Assembly (NCBI RefSeq): GCF_041262585.1
Contig: NZ_JBGCBZ010000002.1
Span: forward strand, 1-64,000
Reading direction: 5' to 3'
From: Planotetraspora sp. GP83
GTDB taxonomy: Bacteria; Actinomycetota; Actinomycetes; Streptosporangiales; Streptosporangiaceae
DNA: 64,000 bases
In this document: piece after piece, positions 26,715 through 35,108 of the stretch
How the letters are laid out: each line of letters begins with the position of its first letter
How positions within the stretch are numbered: the stretch's first letter is position 1
The notes under the pieces: model-generated
Databases searched by the model: none
Seen by the model: only the letters and a program-made list of their open reading frames with translations
Told to the model about the DNA's origin: nothing
Position numbers and translations under genes: made by a program

Positions 26715-28790
26715 TCAGTGCTTCCCGGAGTTGAGTGCCGCGACCGGCTGCTCGGCCACGCCCAGCCGCTGCGCGGCGCTCAGCAGATCCTGCAGCTTGC
26801 CGGCGTCGGGGCCACCCGCCTTGATCAGCTTCACGAGCAGGGCGGACAGCGTGAGATTCCGCACGTCCGCCGTGTCCAGCGAGCCGAGCATCCGGGAGAG
26901 GTCCTGCGGAAGGCTTAAGGTCCCGTCGAGGTACGGCGTGGCGAGCGCCCGTGCCACGCTCGAATTCTCGACGAAGCCGTCCACGCTCTTGCCCATCGTG
27001 ATCGAGCTCATGAGCCGGTCGAAGAAGATGCTCTCGCCGCCGACGATATCGATGTCGGCCTTCTCCAGTCCCGCCGCCAGCACGGTCGCCTGCGCCTGCG
27101 CGACGTCCCGCTGGACGTCGATGCTCTTGAGACGGATCTCCTTCTCCGCGTCCAGCCGGAGCCGGTACTCCTCGTGCCCGCGGCTCGCCTCGTCCAGCGC
27201 GGCCAGCGCCGCGGCCTTCTGGGTGAGGCCTTCCGCCTCGGCCTTGAGCTTCTCGCCCACAGCCGCCGCGGCGGCCAGCGCCATCGCCTGCTCACCCTCG
27301 GCTTCCGCCTTGAGCTTCTCACCCATGGCCAGCGCGGCGGCGAGGGCCTTCTCCCGCTCGACGGTGGCCTCCGCGCGTCCCATCTTCTCGACGGCTTCGG
27401 CGTCGCGCTCGCGCACCTGGACCTCGGCGAGCCCGACCGCGGCCGCCTCCGCCTGGAGACCCTCCGCGAGGCGGATCTTCGCCCGGCTGTCGAGCTCGGC
27501 CGCCTGCTGGCGGGCCTCGGCGAGGACGAGCTCCTCACGGGCCTTGTACTTCGCGGCCTGCTCGGCGGCCTCGGCGGCCTTGATGTCCTTGACCAGGTTC
27601 TCCTGCGCCACGGCCTCGGCCTGGATCACCAGCGCCTGTCGCGTCCGCTCCGCCTCCTCGACGACACGCAGGCGCTTGATGTTCTCCTCCTGCTCTGCGA
27701 CCGTCTTGTCCACCGCGATCCGCTCGCGCGTCACCTCGGCGATCGCCCGCTTCTCGACCTCGAGTTCCTTGTCCTTGGCGATTCGCGACAGCTCGGTCTC
27801 GCGCTCCCGGGCGATTACCTCGAGCATGCGGTCCTTCTCGATCCGCTCGCTCTCGATCGCGATGACACGCTCGCGGTTCTTCTCCGCGACGGCGATCTCC
27901 CTCGCCCGGTTCTCGTGCTGGATGCCGAGTTGCTCGTCGGTGCGGATGTTCGCGGCCTGGGCCTTCAGCCGCTCCTCGGCCTGGACCCTGGCGGTCTCGG
28001 CCTCCTCGCGCGCCTTCATGGTCTCGATCTCGCGCCTCTGCTTGGTCTCCGCGTCGGCCTGCCGTCGCTCCAGCTCCAGGATGGCCTCCCGCGCGTCGAC
28101 ATTCTGGCGGGTGATCTCCTTCTGCTCGTTGCGCTGATACTCGTTGGTCCGGATGTGCTCTATCGCGGTCAGCTCAGTGATCTTGCGAATGCCCTGCGCG
28201 TCGAGGATGTTGGCCGGGTCGAGCTGCGCCATGGGCGTCTGCTCGAGGAAGTCGATGGCGGCGTCCTCGAGGCTGTAGCCGTTCAGGTCGGTGCCGATCA
28301 CCCGGACGATCTGGTCGCGGAACTCGTCGCGCTTCGTGTAGAGGTCGACGAAGTCGAGTTGCTTGCCGACCGTCTTGAGCGCCTCGGAGAACTTGGCGTT
28401 GAACAGCACCTGCAGCGTCGACTCGTCGCTGGCCCGGGCGGTGCCGATCGCCTGGGCCACCTTGATGACGTCTTCGACGGTCTTGTTGACCCGCACGAAG
28501 AACGTGATGCGTATGTCGGCCCGGATGTTGTCCCGGCAGATCAGCCCCTCCTGGCCGGTCCGGGTGATCTCGATCGTCTTCACCGAGATGTCCATCACCT
28601 CGGCCTTGTGCAGCACGGGCAGGACGATGGCGCCGGTGAACGTCACGTCGACGTTCCTGACCTTGGAGACGATCAGGGCCTTACCCTGCTCGACCTTGTG
28701 AAACAGCCGGGTCACGGCGAACACGAGACCGATGACGACGAGAAGGAGAACGGCGAGAAGAACGCCCATCCCCGTGGTGATGACATCCAT
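26715..28790 (-). CDS. flotillin-family protein (SPFH/band-7 domain + long Ala/Glu-rich coiled-coil repeats)
   Basis: N-terminal TM helix then SPFH core (EQGKALIVSKVRNVDVTFTGAIVLPVLHKAEVMDISVKTIEI...). Central EA-repeat region with internal duplicated units (GEKLKAEAEG x2). Confidence 0.85.
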   Translation of the reverse strand: MDVITTGMGVLLAVLLLVVIGLVFAVTRLFHKVEQGKALIVSKVRNVDVTFTGAIVLPVLHKAEVMDISVKTIEITRTGQEGLICRDNIRADIRITFFVRVNKTVEDVIKVAQAIGTARASDESTLQVLFNAKFSEALKTVGKQLDFVDLYTKRDEFRDQIVRVIGTDLNGYSLEDAAIDFLEQTPMAQLDPANILDAQGIRKITELTAIEHIRTNEYQRNEQKEITRQNVDAREAILELERRQADAETKQRREIETMKAREEAETARVQAEERLKAQAANIRTDEQLGIQHENRAREIAVAEKNRERVIAIESERIEKDRMLEVIARERETELSRIAKDKELEVEKRAIAEVTRERIAVDKTVAEQEENIKRLRVVEEAERTRQALVIQAEAVAQENLVKDIKAAEAAEQAAKYKAREELVLAEARQQAAELDSRAKIRLAEGLQAEAAAVGLAEVQVRERDAEAVEKMGRAEATVEREKALAAALAMGEKLKAEAEGEQAMALAAAAAVGEKLKAEAEGLTQKAAALAALDEASRGHEEYRLRLDAEKEIRLKSIDVQRDVAQAQATVLAAGLEKADIDIVGGESIFFDRLMSSITMGKSVDGFVENSSVARALATPYLDGTLSLPQDLSRMLGSLDTADVRNLTLSALLVKLIKAGGPDAGKLQDLLSAAQRLGVAEQPVAALNSGKH

Positions 28791-28802
28791 CCAAGTCCCC
28801 TG

Positions 28803-29429
28803 TCAGTGGAGGTCGTAGGGCATGACCCAGAAGAACTCGCCCTCTGGGTCGTAGTCGAAGATGAGGGCGGAGCTGCCGGCGCGGAGATCGTCGGCTCCCG
28901 TCTGGCGCACCTGGACGAGGGCCGAGGAGCCGTCCTCCGCCGTGACCTCGGCCTGGCCGAAATCGGGTCCGACCCGTCCAGTACGGATGACGCACATGCG
29001 GCCGACGAAGTCGCTCCGCGACGGCGCGGGCACGGCCGGGAACAGCGCGCGGATCGGCAGCACCAACAGGCGGGTGCACAGCCAGCCGGCGAGAAGCGCG
29101 ACCAGAAGGACAGCGGTCCGTGCGGCCGTCCCCTCCACCAGCGCCGCGCCGGCGAGGCTGACGAACCAGGAGATCACCACCATGAGCGAGATCACGACGC
29201 TGGCCGGCACTCCGCGCAGCCCGATGCCGGTCAGGAGATCGTCGGGCAACTCCAACCCCAGGCCCCCCAGCGGCACGAGCAGCCAGTAGCCGATGACGAC
29301 CAGCAGCATGAAGCTGAACAGGACCGCCGGGAACCCGAGCGCCGCGCCCACGAAATCCCGCATTGACTCCCACCGTTTTGCGAGCGTCTCCCCCGAGACG
29401 TAACGCATTATTGCCCGATAGCCAGGCAA
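28803..29429 (-). CDS. NfeD-like membrane protein (TM helices + C-terminal OB-fold), the usual operon partner of SPFH proteins. Alternative ATG start at 29408.
   Basis: 3-4 TM helices followed by a soluble beta-rich tail ...GRMCVIRTGRVGPDFGQAEVTAEDGSSALVQVRQ.... 12-nt gap to the flotillin gene. Confidence 0.7.
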   Translation of the reverse strand: MPGYRAIMRYVSGETLAKRWESMRDFVGAALGFPAVLFSFMLLVVIGYWLLVPLGGLGLELPDDLLTGIGLRGVPASVVISLMVVISWFVSLAGAALVEGTAARTAVLLVALLAGWLCTRLLVLPIRALFPAVPAPSRSDFVGRMCVIRTGRVGPDFGQAEVTAEDGSSALVQVRQTGADDLRAGSSALIFDYDPEGEFFWVMPYDLH

Positions 29430-29485
29430 TTGTCAGCATCTATTTCGCTTGGAATAGTGGGCACTTTTCGCCGTTTTCGCGCGTT

Positions 29486-29507
29486 GTTACCGACGCCCAT
29501 AGGTAAC
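29486..29507. promoter_or_regulatory. perfect inverted repeat GTTACC-N10-GGTAAC in the promoter region of the NfeD-flotillin-ATPase operon; candidate operator
   Basis: Seen directly, ~55-80 bp upstream of the operon's first start codon. Confidence 0.3.
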
Positions 29508-29606
29508 ACAGCAGAAGACAGGCCGCGGCTGCCGGCCCGCGAACACCACCGCAGGGACGCGTTGCCGTCTGCTCGCCCGGCGAGCTGGGACTTGTCGCCC
29601 GGCGAG

Positions 29607-30419
29607 CTAGGACTTGCGGGCTACGGCCCCGTACAACGATGCCTCGGCCAACGGGACGGGCTCGATTTCGGGGTAGTCCGGACGCCAGGCGGAGACGGGA
29701 ACCACGCCCGGATCAACGAGGTCGAGCCCATCGAAGAAGCTCTCGACCTCCCCGAGACCGCGGATCCGAAGATCGATGCCGGCCCTGGTGTAGATCTGGC
29801 TGCCGGTCTCGGATTGGCCGGGGGGCAGATGGTCGCCCGTCCCATGGGACAGGGCAAGGTAGCTACCTGGCGGAACGGCGTCGATCAACTGGTTGACGAT
29901 CGCGTACGGCTGATCCTGGTCTGGGATGAAATGGAGAATCGCGAACAGCAACACGGCGATCGGTTGCGAGAAGTCCAGTGCGCTCATCCGCTTGTCGGAC
30001 AAGATCTCGCCGGGGTCGCGCAGGTCGGCATCGATGTAATCGACGACTCCGTCCGCGGTGGTCAACAGTGCCCGAGCGTGAGTGAGCACGATCGGGTCGT
30101 TGTCCACGTAGATCACGCGCACATCCGGGTCGATACGTTGAGCGACCTGGTGGGTGTTGTTCGCCGTGGGGATCCCCGTACCGATATCTATGAACTGCCT
30201 GATCCCGGCCTCTGCCGCCAGATAGCGGATAACACGCCCGAGGAAGGCTCGATTCTCCCGGGCCGTGGTCCGCATTGCCGGAAAGTTGGCCAGGACCTTC
30301 TCGGCGGCTTCGCGATCGGACGCGAAATTGTCCTTTCCGCCGAGATAGTAGTCGTACATCCGGGCCGAGCTCGGGATGGTCGGATCGATGACGATCGGAT
30401 CCCGATCCCAGGCAGCCAT
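29607..30419 (-). CDS. SAM-dependent methyltransferase of the DUF574 (AdoMet_MTase, PF04672/Methyltransf_19) family
   Basis: Start ATG (rc cat 30417-30419): MAAWDRDPIVIDPTIPSSARMYDYYLGGKDNFASDRE... is the hallmark N-terminus of this actinobacterial family. DIGTGIP SAM motif. Confidence 0.75.
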   Translation of the reverse strand: MAAWDRDPIVIDPTIPSSARMYDYYLGGKDNFASDREAAEKVLANFPAMRTTARENRAFLGRVIRYLAAEAGIRQFIDIGTGIPTANNTHQVAQRIDPDVRVIYVDNDPIVLTHARALLTTADGVVDYIDADLRDPGEILSDKRMSALDFSQPIAVLLFAILHFIPDQDQPYAIVNQLIDAVPPGSYLALSHGTGDHLPPGQSETGSQIYTRAGIDLRIRGLGEVESFFDGLDLVDPGVVPVSAWRPDYPEIEPVPLAEASLYGAVARKS

Positions 30420-30449
30420 TCCCGCATCCTTCCGTCTGTATAAGCACAC

Positions 30450-30848
30450 TGTAGATCATCTGGGTGTTCCCATTCGCCGGGGGCGCTTCCCCGCCAAGCC
30501 GCTGACGCTCGCGTTCTGCGCGCTGACCCGCCAGGTGGCCGCCACGCCGCGGCCATGCGCATGGAGTCATGACGAGTGAGTCTTGGACGGCGCGCGCCCC
30601 CGATCTCATCGTGGTGAGCGGTACGCCGAGCGCTCTGCCGGAAGGGTGACAGACATCCCGGCCCGCACGCGCGGACGACCACGTCATCTGCGCGGTCGTC
30701 TTCACGGTTGCCACGGGATCAAGCCAGTCGAAGGCAGCAGGAGCGGCCCCTCCAACTCTTCGAGCAGTCGCACACATGAGGCATGGTGCTTGTCATCCCG
30801 ATCGACAACAGCGATCAATGGACCCGTGTCCAGGAGCGTGGCGGTCAC
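30450..30848 (-). pseudogene. vapC: vapC-like PIN-domain toxin gene, disrupted (frameshift/premature stop after ~48 codons)
   Basis: GTG at rc 30846-30848 overlaps the VapB stop (GTGA). It encodes VTATLLDTGPLIAVVDRDDKHHASCVRLLEELEGPLLLPSTGLIPWQP*, a canonical PIN N-terminus. PIN-like residues continue in another frame (..DWLDPVATVKTTAQM..). Confidence 0.5.
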
Positions 30849-31108
30849 GTTGACCGATTGAACCGCTCCGCCAGCAGATCTTCGACCCGTTCCGACAGAT
30901 CCCCCTGACCGGAGGCACCAATCCCCGCGATCGACAACCGCCGACGGCGAACGGGCTCAGACGGTTCAGCTGATGCCGCCTCAGCCAAGTCAGGGTCCGT
31001 CTTCACCAAACGCAGGAGACGACGCGCCTGGTCCGGTGACAGCCGGTCCACCAGGTGGTGAAGCTCCTCATGCGCATGCCCGGCGCTCATAGCAACGAGT
31101 CTACGCAA
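30845..31108 (-). CDS. vapB: VapB-like type II antitoxin (small DNA-binding protein)
   Basis: 87 aa: MSAGHAHEELHHLVDRLSPDQARRLLRLV..., acidic C-terminus. Stop overlaps the GTG of the PIN gene. Confidence 0.5.
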   Translation of the reverse strand: MRRLVAMSAGHAHEELHHLVDRLSPDQARRLLRLVKTDPDLAEAASAEPSEPVRRRRLSIAGIGASGQGDLSERVEDLLAERFNRST

Positions 31109-31406
31109 GCGACATCGCCTGCGTCAGTGACTGCAGCGCCGGGTTCACCCTGTGGGCGCCGTAGTCGGGGCTGGCCGCCGGATGCTCGCAGAACAGGTAG
31201 GGCGCCACAAGCCAGGAGACCGTGGGCAGGGTGCCGTCCTTGCAGTGCTGGTCGAAGGCGGTCAGATCCCACTTCGTCATCACGTTGACGTACCGCGGGT
31301 CGTCCTTGGCGAAGGCGTGGAACCCGGCATAACCCCATGGGTCACGAACTGCCGAAACAGCAAACCCACAGGTGAGAGTCCTGTTACTGGCCCGGTTCGA
31401 TTCCCG
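31101..31406 (-). pseudogene. internal fragment of a phosphoesterase-family (phospholipase C / acid phosphatase, PF04185) gene; no start codon, reads into repeat R2
   Basis: Stop-to-stop frame encodes ...DPWGYAGFHAFAKDDPRYVNVMTKWDLTAFDQHCKDGTLPTVSWLVAPYLFCEHPAASPDYGAHRVNPALQ. The LPxVSW..P...EHP block is the conserved phosphoesterase motif. Confidence 0.45.
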
Positions 31407-31418
31407 TCACCCGCTCGC
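31352..31418. repeat. repeat R2, partner of R1 (13052-13118)
   Basis: gaaacagcAAACCCACAGGTGAGAgtcctgttactggcCCGGTTCGATTcccGTCACCCGCTCg. Confidence 0.6.
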
Positions 31419-31486
31419 AACCTCTTCCGGGGAACCGCTCGCTCCGAAAGGCGGGGCGGGCGGCGCGGCGCGGCGGTGATGGGTGA

Positions 31487-31629
31487 TCACCGGCGCAGCA
31501 GGAGCCGCAGCACCCGCAGGGCCCGGGCCCGGCGGTCGGGCTTGGCCGAGAACAGGTAGACGACCGCGGGGGTGGCCACCAGGAGCGCGCCGATGGTGCC
31601 GAGGTCCGCCAGCTGGGTGAGGATGGTCA
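31487..31629 (-). CDS. small (47 aa) single-TM protein with an Arg-rich C-terminus; hypothetical
   Basis: ATG preceded by AAGGGA 8 nt upstream. MTILTQLADLGTIGALLVATPAVVYLFSAKPDRRARALRVLRLLLRR. Confidence 0.3.
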
Positions 31630-31989
31630 TGGGGTGCGTCCCTTTCGCGTGTGGAGTGCGCCCCGTGGGGTGGTGTGGTGCCGGCGACGGTTGCGACGGG
31701 GCCGGGCCACGCCACCCCGATTCACCTGCCGGTACGGCGGTGCGGGACCGCCATCGGCGGGGATGCCGACGGCGTATCTCCAAGGTGCGGTACGCCAGAG
31801 CCCCGTTGACGATCTCGTCCGATCGTTGACGGGAACGGATGAACCCGTACACCTCATGACGCCCGCTGACAGACGCGGACACCGGTAGGGCGCTGACGAA
31901 TCCTGACGAACCCCTCCCTCCCGGGGGAGAGTGCGGCCATTTCTGGCGGCAGTTCCGCAAAGGGGCTTTACGTTTTCTGACGGTCTGGA

Positions 31990-33420
31990 ATGCTCGATCC
32001 CGCCATGCCCGACGCCCCCGCCACCCCGCCCGGCGACGACGCCCTGGCCGCCCTGCGCGACCGGCTCCAGGAGCTGTATCGCCACCGCGGCAGGCCCAGC
32101 TACCGCCAGCTGGCCGACCGCACCGGCGCACTGAGCCACACCACCGCCCACGCGGTCATCCGCTGCCAGAAGCTGCCACGCTGGGGCCAGATCGAGCTCA
32201 CCGTCGAGGCGCTCGGCGGCGATGTGGAGGAGTTCCGCGCCCTGTGGCTAGCCGCCGACGAAGCCGCCACCCGTGCGGCGGCCACGCCGCCCCCAGCCGA
32301 GCCGACGGGGCTGTACCAGCCGGTCGGCGAACTCCTCACCGGCCACACCCACCCGGTCTGTGGGGTGGCCTTCCACCCTGACGGCCACTTACTCGCTACC
32401 ACTGGCGCCGACACGACGGTGCGGCTGTGGGACACCATCACCGGCCAACCCATCGGCGAGCCCCTCACCGGCCACACCAACGTCGTCTGGAGGGTGGCCT
32501 TCCACCCGGACGGCCACCTCCTCGCCACCGCCAGCTACGACAAGACGGTGCGGCTGTGGGACGTCGCCACCGGCCAGCAGGTCGGCGAGCCCCTCGCACA
32601 CACCGACCTCCTCATCGGGGTGGCCTTCCACCCCGACGGCCACCTCCTCGCCACCAACGGTAAGGGGGAAACGGTCTGGCTCTGGGACCCCATCACGCGC
32701 CAGCCCGTCGGCGCGCTTCTCACACACACCGGCTCCCTCATCGGGGTGGCCTTCCACCCCGAGGGCCATCTCCTCGCCACCACAAGCCACGACCAGACAG
32801 TTCGGCTGTGGGACGTCGCCACCGGCCAGCAGGTCGGCGAGCCCCTCACCGGCCACACCCGCCCCGTCTATGGGGTGGCCTTCCACCCCGACGGCCACCT
32901 CCTCGCCACCACTGGCGCCGACACGACGGTGCGGCTGTGGGACACCAGCACCGGCCAACCCATCGGCGAACCCCTCACCGGCCACACCGACGCTGTCTCG
33001 AAGGTGGCCTTTCACCCCGACGGCCACCTCCTCGCCACCGCCAGCAACGACGCCACGGTGCGGCTGTGGGACACCATCACCGGCCAACCCATCGGCGAAC
33101 CCCTCACCGGCCACACCGGCTGGGTTCAAGGGGTGGCTTTCCACCCCGACGGCCACCTCCTCGCCACCAGCGGCTGGGACCGCACGGTGCGGCTCTGGCA
33201 GGGCCCGCGCGCATCCGATCCTCAGGCGTCGCGCCGACGCGTTCAGGACCTGCGCGCCCGGCTGGCGAAACTACGCACCGCCCACGACCGGCTGGTACGT
33301 GAGGTTGCCGCCGTACGGGGTGAACGTGACCAGCTGCTCGCCAAGATCGCCGAGTGTCGGGACAATCTCACAGACCAGGCGCCGGAAGGAAGACCGGATT
33401 CCGCAGAGCACCCTGTATGA
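31990..33420 (+). CDS. HTH (XRE-like) - WD40 repeat protein with C-terminal coiled coil
   Basis: N-terminal ...GRPSYRQLADRTGALSHTTAHAVIRC. Seven WD40 units (GHTxxVxxVAFHPDGHLLATxxxDxTVRLWD), each ~126 bp and highly similar at nucleotide level. Confidence 0.85.
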   Translation: MLDPAMPDAPATPPGDDALAALRDRLQELYRHRGRPSYRQLADRTGALSHTTAHAVIRCQKLPRWGQIELTVEALGGDVEEFRALWLAADEAATRAAATPPPAEPTGLYQPVGELLTGHTHPVCGVAFHPDGHLLATTGADTTVRLWDTITGQPIGEPLTGHTNVVWRVAFHPDGHLLATASYDKTVRLWDVATGQQVGEPLAHTDLLIGVAFHPDGHLLATNGKGETVWLWDPITRQPVGALLTHTGSLIGVAFHPEGHLLATTSHDQTVRLWDVATGQQVGEPLTGHTRPVYGVAFHPDGHLLATTGADTTVRLWDTSTGQPIGEPLTGHTDAVSKVAFHPDGHLLATASNDATVRLWDTITGQPIGEPLTGHTGWVQGVAFHPDGHLLATSGWDRTVRLWQGPRASDPQASRRRVQDLRARLAKLRTAHDRLVREVAAVRGERDQLLAKIAECRDNLTDQAPEGRPDSAEHPV

Positions 33421-33519
33421 CGTTCTCAACTCCAACTTCCTGCCCCACCAGAGGAGCAGGACTCGGAGCGGGTTGGACGAGGCTCCGTAAATCGGCGCAG
33501 GTCTCCGAGGACCCATAGC

Positions 33520-34182
33520 TCACAGCGATCGGGCGAGACGGAACCCGAGGTCGTCGATGCGAAAGGTCGGGTGACTCTTCCGGCGGCACGACGCCCGGCA
33601 TCCTCGGGGTCGATCATGCGCACCTCCACCCCGGAACACGCGGTACGGGCCATAGACCCCGGGATCATAGAGATCCCAGCACCACTCCCACACGTTGCCG
33701 ATCATGTCGTGGACACCCCACGCGTTCGGCGCCTTGGTCGCGACGTCATGCACTTCGCCGCCGGAGTTCTCGCGGTACCAGGCGATCTCGTCCAACTCTC
33801 CGTAGCGAACACCGGAGGTCCCGGCCCTGCACGCGTACTCCCACTCCGCCTCGGACGGAAGGCGATAGCCGTCGGCCGCCCAGTCGCAAACCACGTCCTG
33901 CCCGTCGGGGTCATCACCCATCCGGTAGCAGGGTTCGAGCCCCGCCTCCTGCGAGAGCAGGTTGCAGAACCGAACGGCCTCCTTCCAGGAGACCTCGGTC
34001 ATCGGCATCCGCGGCCCCGCCGAGCTGTCGAGCCCCTCGCCTCGAACCGCGCGGTACAGCTCACGGGTCACCGGATACGGCGCCAGCCGGAAGGCCCCGA
34101 CCTCGACCTTCCAGTTCGTCTGCGTGCCCTCGTCCCGCAGGACGATCTCACCGGCAGGGATCCCGATCATGTGCTCGGCCAT
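33520..34182 (-). CDS. FGE-sulfatase domain protein (SUMF1/EgtB/PvdO family)
   Basis: Start MAEHMIGIPAGE (rc cat 34180-34182). Motifs RLPSEAEWEYACRAGT, GNVWEWC. Confidence 0.8.
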   Translation of the reverse strand: MAEHMIGIPAGEIVLRDEGTQTNWKVEVGAFRLAPYPVTRELYRAVRGEGLDSSAGPRMPMTEVSWKEAVRFCNLLSQEAGLEPCYRMGDDPDGQDVVCDWAADGYRLPSEAEWEYACRAGTSGVRYGELDEIAWYRENSGGEVHDVATKAPNAWGVHDMIGNVWEWCWDLYDPGVYGPYRVFRGGGAHDRPRGCRASCRRKSHPTFRIDDLGFRLARSL

Positions 34183-34225
34183 TCCTGACGCGGCATCGGG
34201 GCCAGTGCTTCCACCGGGTGAAGCC

Positions 34226-34933
34226 TTACCAGGGGATGGGGCCTGTGGCATCGAAGTAGCCTCCGGTCGGACCGTCGGGGCCCACCTGCGCCATGCGAAC
34301 GATGATCTCGGCGCCCTCCTCGACGGTCTGCGTGCCGCTGTGCCCGTTCAGGTCCGTCGCGGTGTAACCGGGCTCCACCGCGTTGATCCGCATGCCCGGG
34401 AACGCCTTGGCGTACTGCACGGTGATCATGTTGACCGCGGCCTTCGACGCCGGATAGGCGACCCCCGGGTACGCGTACGCCGGTGCGCCCGGGGCGGAGA
34501 CCCGGGCCATCGACGCCAGACCGCTGCTCACGTTCACCACGACCGGGGCCGCGGACCGCCGCAGCAGCGGCAGGAACGCGTGGGTGACCCGCACAACGCC
34601 GAAGACGTTCGTCTCGAACACCTGCCGCATTATGTCGGCGGTCACCTCCGCGGCGCCGACCACGGTGTTCCCTTCGCCGCGCCGTTCGATGCCGGCGTTG
34701 TTGATCAGCACGTCCAGCCCGCCGTCGGCGTCGATGGTTTTCGCCGCGTCCGCGACGGACGCGTCGTCGGTGACATCGATGAGGAGCATCCGCGCGCCCA
34801 GCTGCTCAGCGGCCCGGCGCCCGCGTTCGGCGTTCCGGCTGCCCACGTAGACGGTATGACCTGCTGCGATGAGTCGGCGGGCGGTCTCAAAGCCCAGCCC
34901 CTTGTTCGCTCCGGTGATCAGTGTTGTCGTCAT
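34226..34933 (-). CDS. short-chain dehydrogenase/reductase (SDR)
   Basis: MTTTLITGANKGLGFETARRL.. (TGxxxGxG), NNAG, catalytic YxxxK (YPASK). Confidence 0.85.
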   Translation of the reverse strand: MTTTLITGANKGLGFETARRLIAAGHTVYVGSRNAERGRRAAEQLGARMLLIDVTDDASVADAAKTIDADGGLDVLINNAGIERRGEGNTVVGAAEVTADIMRQVFETNVFGVVRVTHAFLPLLRRSAAPVVVNVSSGLASMARVSAPGAPAYAYPGVAYPASKAAVNMITVQYAKAFPGMRINAVEPGYTATDLNGHSGTQTVEEGAEIIVRMAQVGPDGPTGGYFDATGPIPW

Positions 34934-35057
34934 GCCTCCAGCCTTCCAGCCGGGCGGTATGGTCAGCCACTCGTCCCGTCTTCCTGGGACTACCGGTACC
35001 AGGCAGGTCCCGCGGCCGGCGGTGCTCACTGGTGGGCATGGCGACCGGCAGGCCACC

Positions 35058-35100
35058 CAGGTCACCCAGGTCACCCAGGTCACCATGGTCGACCCGCCAC
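35058..35100. repeat. intergenic 9-bp tandem repeat (CAGGTCACC x ~4)
   Basis: cacccaggtcacccaggtcacccaggtcaccatggtc lies between the SDR and DUF2332 genes. Confidence 0.5.
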
Positions 35101-35108
35101 GGCATGAG

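Noticed and set aside
30188-30777. 304-aa and 164-aa minus-strand ORFs spanning the methyltransferase/VapC region
   Set aside because: They overlap the well-supported DUF574 methyltransferase in other frames. Only their 5' portion (the PIN-like residues) is meaningful and is reported as the vapC pseudogene.
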